DNA of 64,000 nt, taken from Thermoplasmata archaeon. GTDB taxonomy: Archaea > Thermoplasmatota > Thermoplasmata > Lutacidiplasmatales > UBA184. Under the pieces are notes generated by a model. It was not told the DNA's origin, did not search any database, and saw only the letters and a program-made list of their open reading frames with translations. Location of the stretch: assembly GCA_028864975.1 (NCBI GenBank), contig JAGWLG010000006.1, positions 32,001 through 96,000 on the forward strand. Direction: 5' to 3'. This document shows positions 43,790-52,729 of the stretch, one piece after another. A program made the translations under genes and the position numbers. Positions within the stretch are counted from its first letter, which is position 1; the number at the start of each line of letters is the position of its first letter.

Positions 43790-44746
43790 GTGACCGTCCA
43801 AGAGCTCGGGAACGGACGTCTTCTCGTGGACCTGGGCTTCCAGGACCTCGAAGGGGTGATCGGGAGCTACCTCCTCCCGGAAGAGGAGGGATGGGCCCTC
43901 GTAGAGGTGGGACCCACCACCTGCGAAGCCCGTCTCCTTCAGGGTTTGCGGGAAGCCGGGGTCGAACCGCGCGACGTGCGCGATGTCTTGGTGACCCACA
44001 TCCACCTCGACCATGCTGGGGGAGCGGGGCTGCTCGCGGACCATCTGCCGCGCGCAACCTTCCACATCCATGAGGTCGGGGTTCCCCACATGATCGACCC
44101 CCGCCGGCTGCAGGAGAGCGCCCGTCGAGCATGGGGGCCCGCGTCGGACCAGCTGTGGGGAGAGATCCGCCCTCTCCCCGCCACGCGGATCCACGCGCTC
44201 AAGGGGGGCGAGCGGATCATGCTCGCCCACGGGAAGGCCCTCCATGTCCTGCCCGCCCCCGGCCACGCACGTCATCACCTGGCCTTCTTCGATGCCCTCA
44301 CCCAGACGGTCTTCACGGGGGACGGAGCGGGGGTGCTCGTCCCCGGGGCCCGGCACATCCGGCCGGCCATGCCTCCTCCGGACCTCGACATCGAGCAGCT
44401 CCTCCACAGCTTGCAAGCAATGGCGGATACGAGCCCGCAGAAGCTCGCGTTCAGTCACTACGGGGTGTTCGACCACGCCCAGGACCGCCTGAAGGAGGCC
44501 GGGCAGGCCGTCGAGCGCTGGAGAGATGTGGCCCTGGCGGCGGCTCGGAAGGAGCCTACGGTGGCCCACGTGACGCATGCCCTCGAGGACGAGGAGCAAC
44601 GACGCTCGCGCGAGGAAGGCGAACCGAGCGACCTCGCCTCGCGTTCGCAGGCCATCAGCGGACTGGAGATGGCCGCGATGGGGCTCCTGCGCTACTTCGA
44701 GAGGTCGGGGCTGCTTCCCCCCAAACCCCCGCACGGGAACGCGTGA
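43790..44746 (+). CDS. MBL-fold metallo-hydrolase
   Basis: THIHLDHAG, PGHARHH, FTGD, FSHYG. Confidence 0.9.
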   Translation: MTVQELGNGRLLVDLGFQDLEGVIGSYLLPEEEGWALVEVGPTTCEARLLQGLREAGVEPRDVRDVLVTHIHLDHAGGAGLLADHLPRATFHIHEVGVPHMIDPRRLQESARRAWGPASDQLWGEIRPLPATRIHALKGGERIMLAHGKALHVLPAPGHARHHLAFFDALTQTVFTGDGAGVLVPGARHIRPAMPPPDLDIEQLLHSLQAMADTSPQKLAFSHYGVFDHAQDRLKEAGQAVERWRDVALAAARKEPTVAHVTHALEDEEQRRSREEGEPSDLASRSQAISGLEMAAMGLLRYFERSGLLPPKPPHGNA

Positions 44747-46038
44747 GCGCGGTGCGGGAGCTCAGCGACTCGGCCCGAACGAGGGCGGTCGGTTCCCTCG
44801 TCGCCTCGCGCGCGGTCTACGCCTACAACTGGTACGTCATCGGCCCGATCCAAGGCACGATCGCGATGGGACTGGGCGTGAGCTTCGGCGAGGTCTCGCT
44901 CTACCTCTGGGCGTTCTTGGTCGGGGCCGGCATCTTCCAGATCCCCGCGGGGATCGCCTCCCTCCGATGGGGCGCTCGTCGCACCTCGCTCTTCGGCATC
45001 GCGCTGATGTCCGTCGGAGCGGTCGTCAGCGCTTTCACGACCTCGCCCGACGTCTTCTTCGTCGCTCGGCTCGGTGTGGGGGTCGGTGCGGCGTTCTTCT
45101 TCTCTCCGGGGATTGGGCTGATCGCGAGGTACTACACGACCGGAGGTCGTGGGTTCGGGATCGGGCTCTTCAACGGGGCGTTCAGCCTCGGCGCCGCTAC
45201 CGCCGTCCTCCTCACCGTGATCCTGGAAGGGATCCTGGGATGGCAGGGGGCCCTGCTCGTTGCGGGGGCGGGGATGGCGCTCGTCAGCCTCGAGAACGCT
45301 CTCGCCCTACCTGCGCTCTCCGAGCCTTCCCTTCGCTTCGACGTCGCGGTGGCACGCGCGAAGGAGGTCCTGTCCTGCCGCTACCTCTGGCTTTTGGCGC
45401 TGGCGCTCGCAGGGTTCTGGGCGAGCAATTTCGCCGTGGCGCAGTACCTGGTCCCTTGGGCGACCCAGTGGGCGGGGATGAAGGCGCCGACGGCGGGCGC
45501 CCTGGACGCTCTGCTCATCGCCACGTCCCTCATCGGAGGGCCCCTCGGGGGGAGCCTGGCGGAGAAGGGTCGGCACCCTGCCCGACTCCTCGCGGCGTCC
45601 GCAGGAGCCACGGGGCTCGCGGTGGCCGCCCTTCCCTTCATCCCTGCGTTAAGCTCCCTCCTCCTCTGGCCGCTGGCCGTGGCGGGAGGGATCGTGTCGG
45701 GGATGGCCTTCGGGGTCCTCTACTACATGGGGACCCTTGCCCCGATCGCCCGAGGCGAGAACGTGCCCCTCGCGGTCGGGCTGATCAACAGCCTCCAAGT
45801 CTTTCTGGGGGCGTTCGTGGTCCTCGGCCTTGGCCACGAGCTCTTTGGATCGCAGTCCCGGTCCGGGTATGCCACAGGCTGGGTCCTGTTCGGAGCGCTC
45901 ACGCTGATCCCCCTCGCGCTCCTCCTCTGGGCGAGGGTCGAGACCGCGACCCCCGAGGGGGTCAGCTCGGGGCTGGGGTCCGTTTCGGCCGTGGCGGAAG
46001 TGGGACCCTCCGCTCCTCTTTCACCCGGTTCAAAATGA
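44743..46038 (+). CDS. MFS transporter
   Basis: GTG 44743 overlapping upstream stop; about 12 TM segments; motif-A-like RWGARR and ARLGVGVG. Confidence 0.88.
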   Translation: MSAVRELSDSARTRAVGSLVASRAVYAYNWYVIGPIQGTIAMGLGVSFGEVSLYLWAFLVGAGIFQIPAGIASLRWGARRTSLFGIALMSVGAVVSAFTTSPDVFFVARLGVGVGAAFFFSPGIGLIARYYTTGGRGFGIGLFNGAFSLGAATAVLLTVILEGILGWQGALLVAGAGMALVSLENALALPALSEPSLRFDVAVARAKEVLSCRYLWLLALALAGFWASNFAVAQYLVPWATQWAGMKAPTAGALDALLIATSLIGGPLGGSLAEKGRHPARLLAASAGATGLAVAALPFIPALSSLLLWPLAVAGGIVSGMAFGVLYYMGTLAPIARGENVPLAVGLINSLQVFLGAFVVLGLGHELFGSQSRSGYATGWVLFGALTLIPLALLLWARVETATPEGVSSGLGSVSAVAEVGPSAPLSPGSK

Positions 46039-46444
46039 CCTGGGTGTTCGTCCGCTCGATGTTCGGGTCCTGCAAAGCATGCTTGACCCATCGGTCCAGG
46101 TCACGACGGTCCCGGAAGCGGGCGATCACGAGGGCATCGTAGTCCCCGGTGACATCGTACACCGCGTAGGCATGGTCGTCCTTGGCCAGCCGCTCCTCCA
46201 CTTCGCGGAGCCGACCCTTGGAGACCCTTATCCCGACCACGGCGTGCAGGTCCCATCCTAGGGGCTCGTCCTCGAGCAGGGGAACATACCCTCGGATCAG
46301 ACCCTCGTGCTCCATGGCCTCGATGCGGTGGCTCACCGTCGTGGGGGAGACGTTGAGCCGGCGCGCGAGCTCCCGATGACTGCGTCGGGCGTCCACGTTG
46401 AGCTCCTCGAGCAGGGTCCTGTCCAGGGCGTCGAGGTCGGTCAT
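45962..46444 (-). CDS. Lrp/AsnC family transcriptional regulator
   Basis: LDALDRTLLEELNVDARRSHRELARRLNVSPTTVSHRI HTH; YDVTGDYD; GGAGGA RBS before ATG 46444. Confidence 0.92.
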   Translation of the reverse strand: MTDLDALDRTLLEELNVDARRSHRELARRLNVSPTTVSHRIEAMEHEGLIRGYVPLLEDEPLGWDLHAVVGIRVSKGRLREVEERLAKDDHAYAVYDVTGDYDALVIARFRDRRDLDRWVKHALQDPNIERTNTQVILNRVKEERRVPLPPRPKRTPAPS

Positions 46445-46473
46445 TTGTCCTCCATCCAGATAAACCACATGCC

Positions 46474-46482
46474 TATTTTATA
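46474..46482. promoter_or_regulatory. AT-rich TATA box (TATTTTATA) in the Lrp/glnA divergent region
   Basis: 30-38 nt upstream of Lrp start; could also drive glnA with a long leader. Confidence 0.55.
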
Positions 46483-46678
46483 GAATGCAGAGGGATCCAT
46501 GAACAAACGTCCACTCACGCCACGGCAGGGTTGAAGTAAAGGTCCGCCGTCGGAGCTTCGAGGACCGCGGCATGGGGAGGACGGGAGGACTCGGGCAGAG
46601 GGCGGAGGTCGTCGTTGGGACGGCCGAAGCCCAGCTTCAGGGGCCGACCCGCATTCTCCGTGGCGCGGGGAGGCAGAA

Positions 46679-48145
46679 GTGATCGCATCGACCACAGTAC
46701 CGGCGGGCGCAACGGCAGAGACGATCATCGACAAGCTGAAGGCGGAGGAGGTCCGATGGCTGGACCTCCAGTTCGTGGACCTGACGGGTCTGCTCCAGCA
46801 CGTGACGACCCCCGCGAACATGCTCGAGGCCCGCCACTTCTCCGAGGGCATCCCCAAGCTCGACGGCTCGTCCATCCGGGGCTTCACGGACATCCACGAG
46901 TCCGATATGCGGCTCGAGCCGCAGACGAAGACGCTTCGAGCGCTCCCCTGGTACAATCCCCCTCACAAGACCTACAGGATGGTCTGCAACATATGGGAGG
47001 GGTACCGCCACGAGCGGTTCTCCCGGGACCCGCGCTACGCGGCGGAGCGAGCGGAGCAACAGGCCAAGGACCAGGGGTTCGACATCTCCTTCTGGGGCCC
47101 CGAGCTCGAGTTCTTCATCTTCGACAAGGTCCAGATCGACCCCTCGCCCCTGGGCACGACCCAGCCGGGGTCGGGGAACGGCTACAAGATCGAATCGTCG
47201 GAAGCTCCCTGGACGAGCGGGGGTTTCAACCTCCTACCCTTCCCCCTGAAGGGGGGGTACTACGCGGCTCCTCCACGGGACGGGCTCGCCGACCTCCGGA
47301 ACGAGATCTGCTTCATGCTGGAGGACTACTTCGGCATCAAGGTCGAAGCGCACCACCACGAGGTCGCGACCGCGGGCCAGTGCGAAGTGAACATCCGCTT
47401 CGCCCCGCTGGTCGACATGGCGGACAACATCATGACCATGAAGATGGTCATCAAGCGCGTCGCGCAGCAGTACAACAAGGTCGCGACGTTCATGCCCAAG
47501 CCGCTCTTCGGCGACAACGGCAGCGGCATGCACACGCACCAAAGCCTGTGGAAGGACGGTCACAACACCTTCTACGACGCGAGCGAGCCCTACGCCGAGG
47601 TCTCGCAGACCTGCCGGTACTACATCGGTGGGCTGATGGAGCACTCCCGAGCGCTCACGGCGATCACCAACCCCACCACGAACTCCTACCGTCGGCTCGT
47701 CCCCGGCTACGAGGCCCCCGTCTTCATCGCCTGGGCCCGGGGCAACCGCTCCGCGAACTGCCGAGTGCCGGTCTACGAGAAGACCGTGGAGAAAGCGAAG
47801 CGCGTGGAGTTCCGTACCCCCGACCCCTCCTGCAACATCTATCTCGCCCTCGCCGCGATGCAGGCGGCGGGGCTCGACGGGGTCAAGCGCAAGATCGACC
47901 CCGGGAACCCCGTGGACGAGGACATCTACCACCTTACGAAGCACCGACGGACCGAGCTCGGCGTCCGCGAGCTCCCCGGCTCGCTCAACGAGGCCCTGGA
48001 CTCGCTCGAGAGCGACCACGACTTCCTGTCGTCGGTGTTCCCGAAGGATCTGTTCGAGCACTACTACACCCTGAAGCGCAGGGAGGCGCTCGAGGTCTCG
48101 TTGCGGCCGACGCCGCTCGAGTTCTCGATGTACCTCGACGCGTAG
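46679..48145 (+). CDS. glnA: Glutamine synthetase type I (GSI-beta-like insertion)
   Basis: DGSSI, GPELEFFIF, HHEVA, TFMPKP...NGSGMH, RRLVPGYEAP, NRSA, RVEFRTPDP; contains the beta-type insert FDKVQ...IESSEAPW. Confidence 0.96.
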   Translation: MIASTTVPAGATAETIIDKLKAEEVRWLDLQFVDLTGLLQHVTTPANMLEARHFSEGIPKLDGSSIRGFTDIHESDMRLEPQTKTLRALPWYNPPHKTYRMVCNIWEGYRHERFSRDPRYAAERAEQQAKDQGFDISFWGPELEFFIFDKVQIDPSPLGTTQPGSGNGYKIESSEAPWTSGGFNLLPFPLKGGYYAAPPRDGLADLRNEICFMLEDYFGIKVEAHHHEVATAGQCEVNIRFAPLVDMADNIMTMKMVIKRVAQQYNKVATFMPKPLFGDNGSGMHTHQSLWKDGHNTFYDASEPYAEVSQTCRYYIGGLMEHSRALTAITNPTTNSYRRLVPGYEAPVFIAWARGNRSANCRVPVYEKTVEKAKRVEFRTPDPSCNIYLALAAMQAAGLDGVKRKIDPGNPVDEDIYHLTKHRRTELGVRELPGSLNEALDSLESDHDFLSSVFPKDLFEHYYTLKRREALEVSLRPTPLEFSMYLDA

Positions 48146-48157
48146 GCCTCCGCCCGG

Positions 48158-48190
48158 GTGGCCCGGGAGGAAGAAGTCCTCCCGGGCCAC
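48158..48190. terminator. Perfect 14-bp GC-rich hairpin between convergent glnA and pyk
   Basis: GTGGCCCGGGAGGA-AGAAG-TCCTCCCGGGCCAC; role as terminator or stabiliser is inference. Confidence 0.5.
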
Positions 48191-48283
48191 GATCAGACTT
48201 GGTGTGTCGCCCTCGGCGCCTCCGCTTTCGGCGAGGGTCGGTGTGCCGCGGTGCGGTCCAGCTCTCTCTGGAGATGACCCGCC

Positions 48284-49750
48284 CTAGATCTCGACCACAT
48301 TGAGCAGGTTCGTCGGCCTCCCTTCGAGGGGATAACCCGCGGTCAGGACCACACGGTCGCCGCGCGCCAAGTGCAGCTCCTCGATACCCGCGGTCCGCGC
48401 CGCCTCCCGGAGACCGTCCAACGGAAGCTTCGCGGGGACCCCTCGAGACCGGACCCCCCAGAGGAGACCGACCGCGGCCTGCGTCGCGGCCTGGGAAGTG
48501 AGCACGAGCAGGGGAGGTTTCGGGCGCAGTCGGGCGACCAGCCGAGCGGTCCGCCCGGAGTGCGTGGGGACGACGATCGCTCGGGCCCCGATCCGAGCCG
48601 CAAGACGTACGGCGGCTTCCGCGACCGCGCCCTCCTCTCCGTGAAGCTCGGACCCCGCCAGTTCCCCTTCCTTGCCGAGGAACGACCCTCCGGGGGACCG
48701 CCAGAGGGCGGGCTCCGTCGCCTCCGCGATCTCCGCGAGGAACCGGACGGCCTCCTGGGGATGTTCACCCACCGCGGTCTCTTCCGAAAGCATGAGAGCG
48801 TCGGCGCCATCCAGGACAGCGTTCGCGACGTCGGTCGCCTCCGCGCGGGTCGGTCGCGGCGCCTTGACCATGCTGAGGAGCATCTGGGTCGCGACCACGC
48901 AGGGCTTGGCCGCCCGCCTCGCGGCCGTGACGAGCTCCTTTTGGACCATGGCCAGGCTGGCGAGGGGTACCTCGATCCCCAGGTCGCCCCGAGCGACCAT
49001 GATCCCGTCCGACTCCTCGAGGATCCCCACCTGGTTGCGGAGCGCTTCCGCCCGCTCGATCTTGGCGAGCAGGTAGGGAGGGCGGTCGGGGGCCAGGTTC
49101 TTCAAGTGCGCCCGGGCCAGTCTGAGGTCCGCGGCCGAGGCCACGAACGAGAGGGCGACCCAGTCGACCTCTTCCTCCACCGCGAGCTTCAGGTCCTGAA
49201 GGTCCTTCTTGCCCAGGACTTCCGAGCGCAGGGTCGATCCGGGGAAGTAGACTCCTTGGTGGGAGGAGATGTTTCCCCCTTGCACGACCCGCACCACGGC
49301 TCGGGTCTTGTCGACCTCTTCGACGAGGAGCTCCAGGGCGGCATCGCCGAGCAGGACCTGTTGACGAGGCCGAAGGACCTTCAGGAAGCCTTCGACGTCC
49401 ACCGGCAGGGCGGGAGGGTCCGAGGGTCCCTTCGATTCTCGCAGTTCGATCTTCTCCCCAGCCGAGAGGGTCCAGACCTCCGGGCGGAGCTCTCCCAGCC
49501 GGTGCTTCGGCCCTTGGAGGTCCGCGACCAGGGTCACCGAACGCCCGACAGCGCTGGCCACCTTCCGAGCGCGCTCGACGATCAGCCGGTGCTGGTCGTC
49601 GTCCCCATGCGAGAAGTTGATACGGAACGCGTCGGCGCCCGCCGCCAAGAGACCCCGGATCGCTTCCTCCGAAAGCGTGGCGGGCCCAATGGTGGCAAGG
49701 ATCCTGGTCCGGGGCACGGCGGGGAGACGGGCGTCTCCCGTTTGAAACAT
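48284..49750 (-). CDS. pyk: Pyruvate kinase
   Basis: TRILATIGPA, RINFSHG, DLQGPK, AKIE, MVARGDLG, ATQMLLSM, PTRAE, DALMLSEETA; start set at ATG 49750. Confidence 0.95.
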   Translation of the reverse strand: MFQTGDARLPAVPRTRILATIGPATLSEEAIRGLLAAGADAFRINFSHGDDDQHRLIVERARKVASAVGRSVTLVADLQGPKHRLGELRPEVWTLSAGEKIELRESKGPSDPPALPVDVEGFLKVLRPRQQVLLGDAALELLVEEVDKTRAVVRVVQGGNISSHQGVYFPGSTLRSEVLGKKDLQDLKLAVEEEVDWVALSFVASAADLRLARAHLKNLAPDRPPYLLAKIERAEALRNQVGILEESDGIMVARGDLGIEVPLASLAMVQKELVTAARRAAKPCVVATQMLLSMVKAPRPTRAEATDVANAVLDGADALMLSEETAVGEHPQEAVRFLAEIAEATEPALWRSPGGSFLGKEGELAGSELHGEEGAVAEAAVRLAARIGARAIVVPTHSGRTARLVARLRPKPPLLVLTSQAATQAAVGLLWGVRSRGVPAKLPLDGLREAARTAGIEELHLARGDRVVLTAGYPLEGRPTNLLNVVEI

Positions 49751-49818
49751 TGTGAGCGCACTCAGGTCGATTGGGACCGTCTCCGAGGGAGAGGTTCGGG
49801 GGGGAGAGCCCCCCGTTT

Positions 49819-50685
49819 TCAGAGGTAGACCGAAACGCTGCCGACGGCGAACCGCTCCAGGTTCGCGAGATAGCGCCGAGGCACCCGGCCCGACGGCGGG
49901 TCCATCTCCCCGCCACGCGCGCTCGTGAGCTGGCGGGAGAGCGCTTCCTTGACCGGTAGGAACGTCTCGGAGACCCACTCCGGGGCATTGAGCAGGAGCT
50001 TCGCCCGCGCGAGGGGGGACGGGTCGGTCTCTCCGGAGGCCTCGAAGGCCGCCACGGCCGAGAAGTAGAGGTTCTCGGCCTTCCAACTGGACGGGTAGAC
50101 CGCGATCTGGCCGGAGCGCTCGAACGCCTCCGAGGCCTGCAGGAAGTGGAGACGACGCGCCACAGGGTCCTGGGCGGTCAGGCCGAGCAGGAGGTTGCCC
50201 TGCCCCTGGAACCAGGGCGCAAAGCCCGAGAGCTGGCAGAGCAGGAGCCGGGGGACGACGGCCCGACGGACCTCCCGCCACTCCCCCCGAAAGAGGTGGA
50301 CCCAGGCCAGCGTGAGGAGCGTGTCGTACCACCAGAACTGGTTGCGTTGGGTCCGGAGCAGGCCGGGGTCGATCTCCTGCATCGCTTCGTCATAGAACCC
50401 GAGGTCGAGCAGGGCACGGCCCTCGAGGCTCTTCGCCGCCCACCAGATGAACGGCAACTTCGGCGCATGCATCAGGAGCGTCCTAGCCCCGATGAGCGCC
50501 TGCCCCGGGTTCCCGCTCATCAACGCCTCCTCGTAGGCGCCGAGCCGGAGGTCGATCGAGGAGCCTTCGGAGAGGTACTCGGCGGCCCCGACCTCCTCCC
50601 CCAAGGCCGCAATGGCGCGCTCGCGGTGGCCCAGCGACAACTGGACCCGGACCTCACCGTCGATATTGTGGGAACTCACGGCCAT
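49819..50685 (-). CDS. Hypothetical TPR-like helical-repeat protein
   Basis: GRALLDLGFYDEAM, TLAWVHLFRGEWRE, GNLLLGL helical repeats; start set at ATG 50685. Confidence 0.65.
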   Translation of the reverse strand: MAVSSHNIDGEVRVQLSLGHRERAIAALGEEVGAAEYLSEGSSIDLRLGAYEEALMSGNPGQALIGARTLLMHAPKLPFIWWAAKSLEGRALLDLGFYDEAMQEIDPGLLRTQRNQFWWYDTLLTLAWVHLFRGEWREVRRAVVPRLLLCQLSGFAPWFQGQGNLLLGLTAQDPVARRLHFLQASEAFERSGQIAVYPSSWKAENLYFSAVAAFEASGETDPSPLARAKLLLNAPEWVSETFLPVKEALSRQLTSARGGEMDPPSGRVPRRYLANLERFAVGSVSVYL

Positions 50686-50892
50686 AGAACGGAGCCCCGG
50701 GACCTCGGCCCCGGAGTCCTCGAGATAGATATGCGCCCAAATGCGTATAAGCCCTTTCCGGCGGGCCGCTTCGTCGCTCGGAGCCCAGAGGGCTCCCGGA
50801 CTGAGGAGGCCGTCGGCTCCGTGGGGGACCTCGCGGAGGAGTTCGGTCGCGTGAGGTAGGCTTTTCTGCTCGCCCGCTCGTCGTCCAGCTCG

Positions 50893-52581
50893 ATGGTCCA
50901 CCCCGGTTTGCGGGTCGGGGACCTGGTGGAACTGATCGACCACCAGGAGGTCCTCCTCCCGGACTTCCAGCGCGGCTACGTCTGGCGGCGGCCCCAGATC
51001 CTGAAGTTCCTGGACTCGCTCTACCGGGGGTACCCGATCGGCCAGGTCCTCCTCTGGATCCCCCCCCAGTCCTCTGCCGAGGGAGACGGAGCCCAGCAGG
51101 GCCGACCGCTCGGGACGACCCCCGGTCAGGTGGCGGGATCGACCATCTTCGCCTCGGCCGAGCGGGCCGAGAGGGTCCAAGGGACCCGGTCCACCGCCCG
51201 GGCCGCGCCCCCCCAGTTCGTGCTGGACGGCCAGCAACGGCTCACCACGCTCTACCGCATCCTTCGTGGCGATGAGGGGTCCCGGGTCAGGTTCCACGCC
51301 GCCGACGAGATGTTCATGGGGGAGACGGCCGCGTCGGGCAAGGACCCCCTCTGGGTGTCCGTGGGGGACATCCTAGGATCGGGACGAGGACTCTCCAAAG
51401 CGCTCTCCCGACTTCAGAAGGAGCTCAAGCTGGCTCCGGATGACGCGGCCTTCGAGCGATACCAAGCGAACCTCCAGCGCCTCGCGCTGGTGCGGGAGCG
51501 GGTCCTCCCCGTCGATGTCGTCCGTCTCGCCGACCCGGAGCAGGTGGCGGAGCTCTTCGTCCGCATCAACTCTGGGACGCCGCTCCGAAGGGCAGAGCTG
51601 GCCCTTGCCCAGCTGGCGTGGCGCTGGCCGGGGGCGCTCGTGGTCCGTCTCGGGGACGCGCTCGAGGAGTTCGTCGAGGCCGGCTTCGACTTCTCCGCCC
51701 CCTTCCTCATGCGCTGCTTCGTCTCGGTGGCGACCGGGCAGCCCAGCCTCTCCAACCTGGAGTCGCTCTGGAAGCTCAACGAGATCACTCTCTCGAAGAA
51801 CTGGGAGAAGGCCCACAACGGCCTTCGGAGCACCGTCGCCTTCGTCCAGGAGGTCGCGCGGCTCCCGACAGGAGACGACCTCCCTTCGCTCAACACGCTG
51901 GTCCCGATGACCACGCTCTTCGCGAAGAGCATCCGGCTCGATGCCGCTCAGACCCAGCAGCTCCTCTACTGGTTCCTCGTCGCAGGCGCCTTCGGGCGCT
52001 ACGGCACGAACGTCGAAGCCCGGTTGGGCGAGGACCTTCGTGCGATCTACACCCAGACCCCCCTGAAGAGCCTCCTGGAGAACCTGGAGAGGTCTACGGC
52101 CGCCCCCGCGGCCGTGCCACCGGCCGAGCTCGAGGGACGCGGGGTAGGCTCCGGAGTCTATCTCCTCATGGCGAGCTTGCTACGGATGAAGGGGGTCCAG
52201 GACTGGTTCCCGCCCTCGGTCGGGGGACGGCCGCCCTCGCCCGCCCGGGGAGAACGCGACCTGGTGGTCCAGCCCATCTTCAGCCGAAAGCAGCTCCAGG
52301 ACGCAGGAGCGGACCCCGAGCTAAGCGAGGAGATGGCGAACCAGCTGCTCCTCCCGCACCGACCCCCCTCCAAGTGGGCGCAGCTCAATCCGGAGGACCT
52401 CCTCGGGAAGGCGACCGCACAACAGATCCGCGACCAGTGGGTCCCCGAGTCGAAGATGCTCTGGGTGGCACCGCGCGCAAAAGAGTTCCTCGAGGCGAGG
52501 AGGGTGATCCTGGCCAAGGCGTTCACCTTGTCGCTCGAGGCGCTGCACGCCGGGCGCCCGGCGTTCTCTCAGGGCCCGTGA
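50893..52581 (+). CDS. DUF262 (GmrSD-like ParB/Srx) protein with degenerate C-terminal HNH-like domain
   Basis: LPDFQRGYVW, LDSLYRGYPIG, LDGQQRLTTL, LFVRINSG; C-terminal QPIFS in place of HHIFP. Confidence 0.88.
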   Translation: MVHPGLRVGDLVELIDHQEVLLPDFQRGYVWRRPQILKFLDSLYRGYPIGQVLLWIPPQSSAEGDGAQQGRPLGTTPGQVAGSTIFASAERAERVQGTRSTARAAPPQFVLDGQQRLTTLYRILRGDEGSRVRFHAADEMFMGETAASGKDPLWVSVGDILGSGRGLSKALSRLQKELKLAPDDAAFERYQANLQRLALVRERVLPVDVVRLADPEQVAELFVRINSGTPLRRAELALAQLAWRWPGALVVRLGDALEEFVEAGFDFSAPFLMRCFVSVATGQPSLSNLESLWKLNEITLSKNWEKAHNGLRSTVAFVQEVARLPTGDDLPSLNTLVPMTTLFAKSIRLDAAQTQQLLYWFLVAGAFGRYGTNVEARLGEDLRAIYTQTPLKSLLENLERSTAAPAAVPPAELEGRGVGSGVYLLMASLLRMKGVQDWFPPSVGGRPPSPARGERDLVVQPIFSRKQLQDAGADPELSEEMANQLLLPHRPPSKWAQLNPEDLLGKATAQQIRDQWVPESKMLWVAPRAKEFLEARRVILAKAFTLSLEALHAGRPAFSQGP

Positions 52582-52729
52582 GATCGCACTCTGCCTGCCA
52601 CCCCTGGGTTCGTCCCTGACCCGAAGGGCCCGGAGTGCCGGAATTCGCCACTATCGAGGAACGACGCCCATACGCCCATATAGGGGCGAATGCTACGATA
52701 TGACGTGCAACGCTGGAGGGTAGCATAGC

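Noticed and set aside
45962-46038. 77-nt tail-to-tail overlap of MFS and Lrp genes
   Set aside because: Both overlapping segments are non-conserved tails; short convergent overlaps are common in compact GC-rich genomes.
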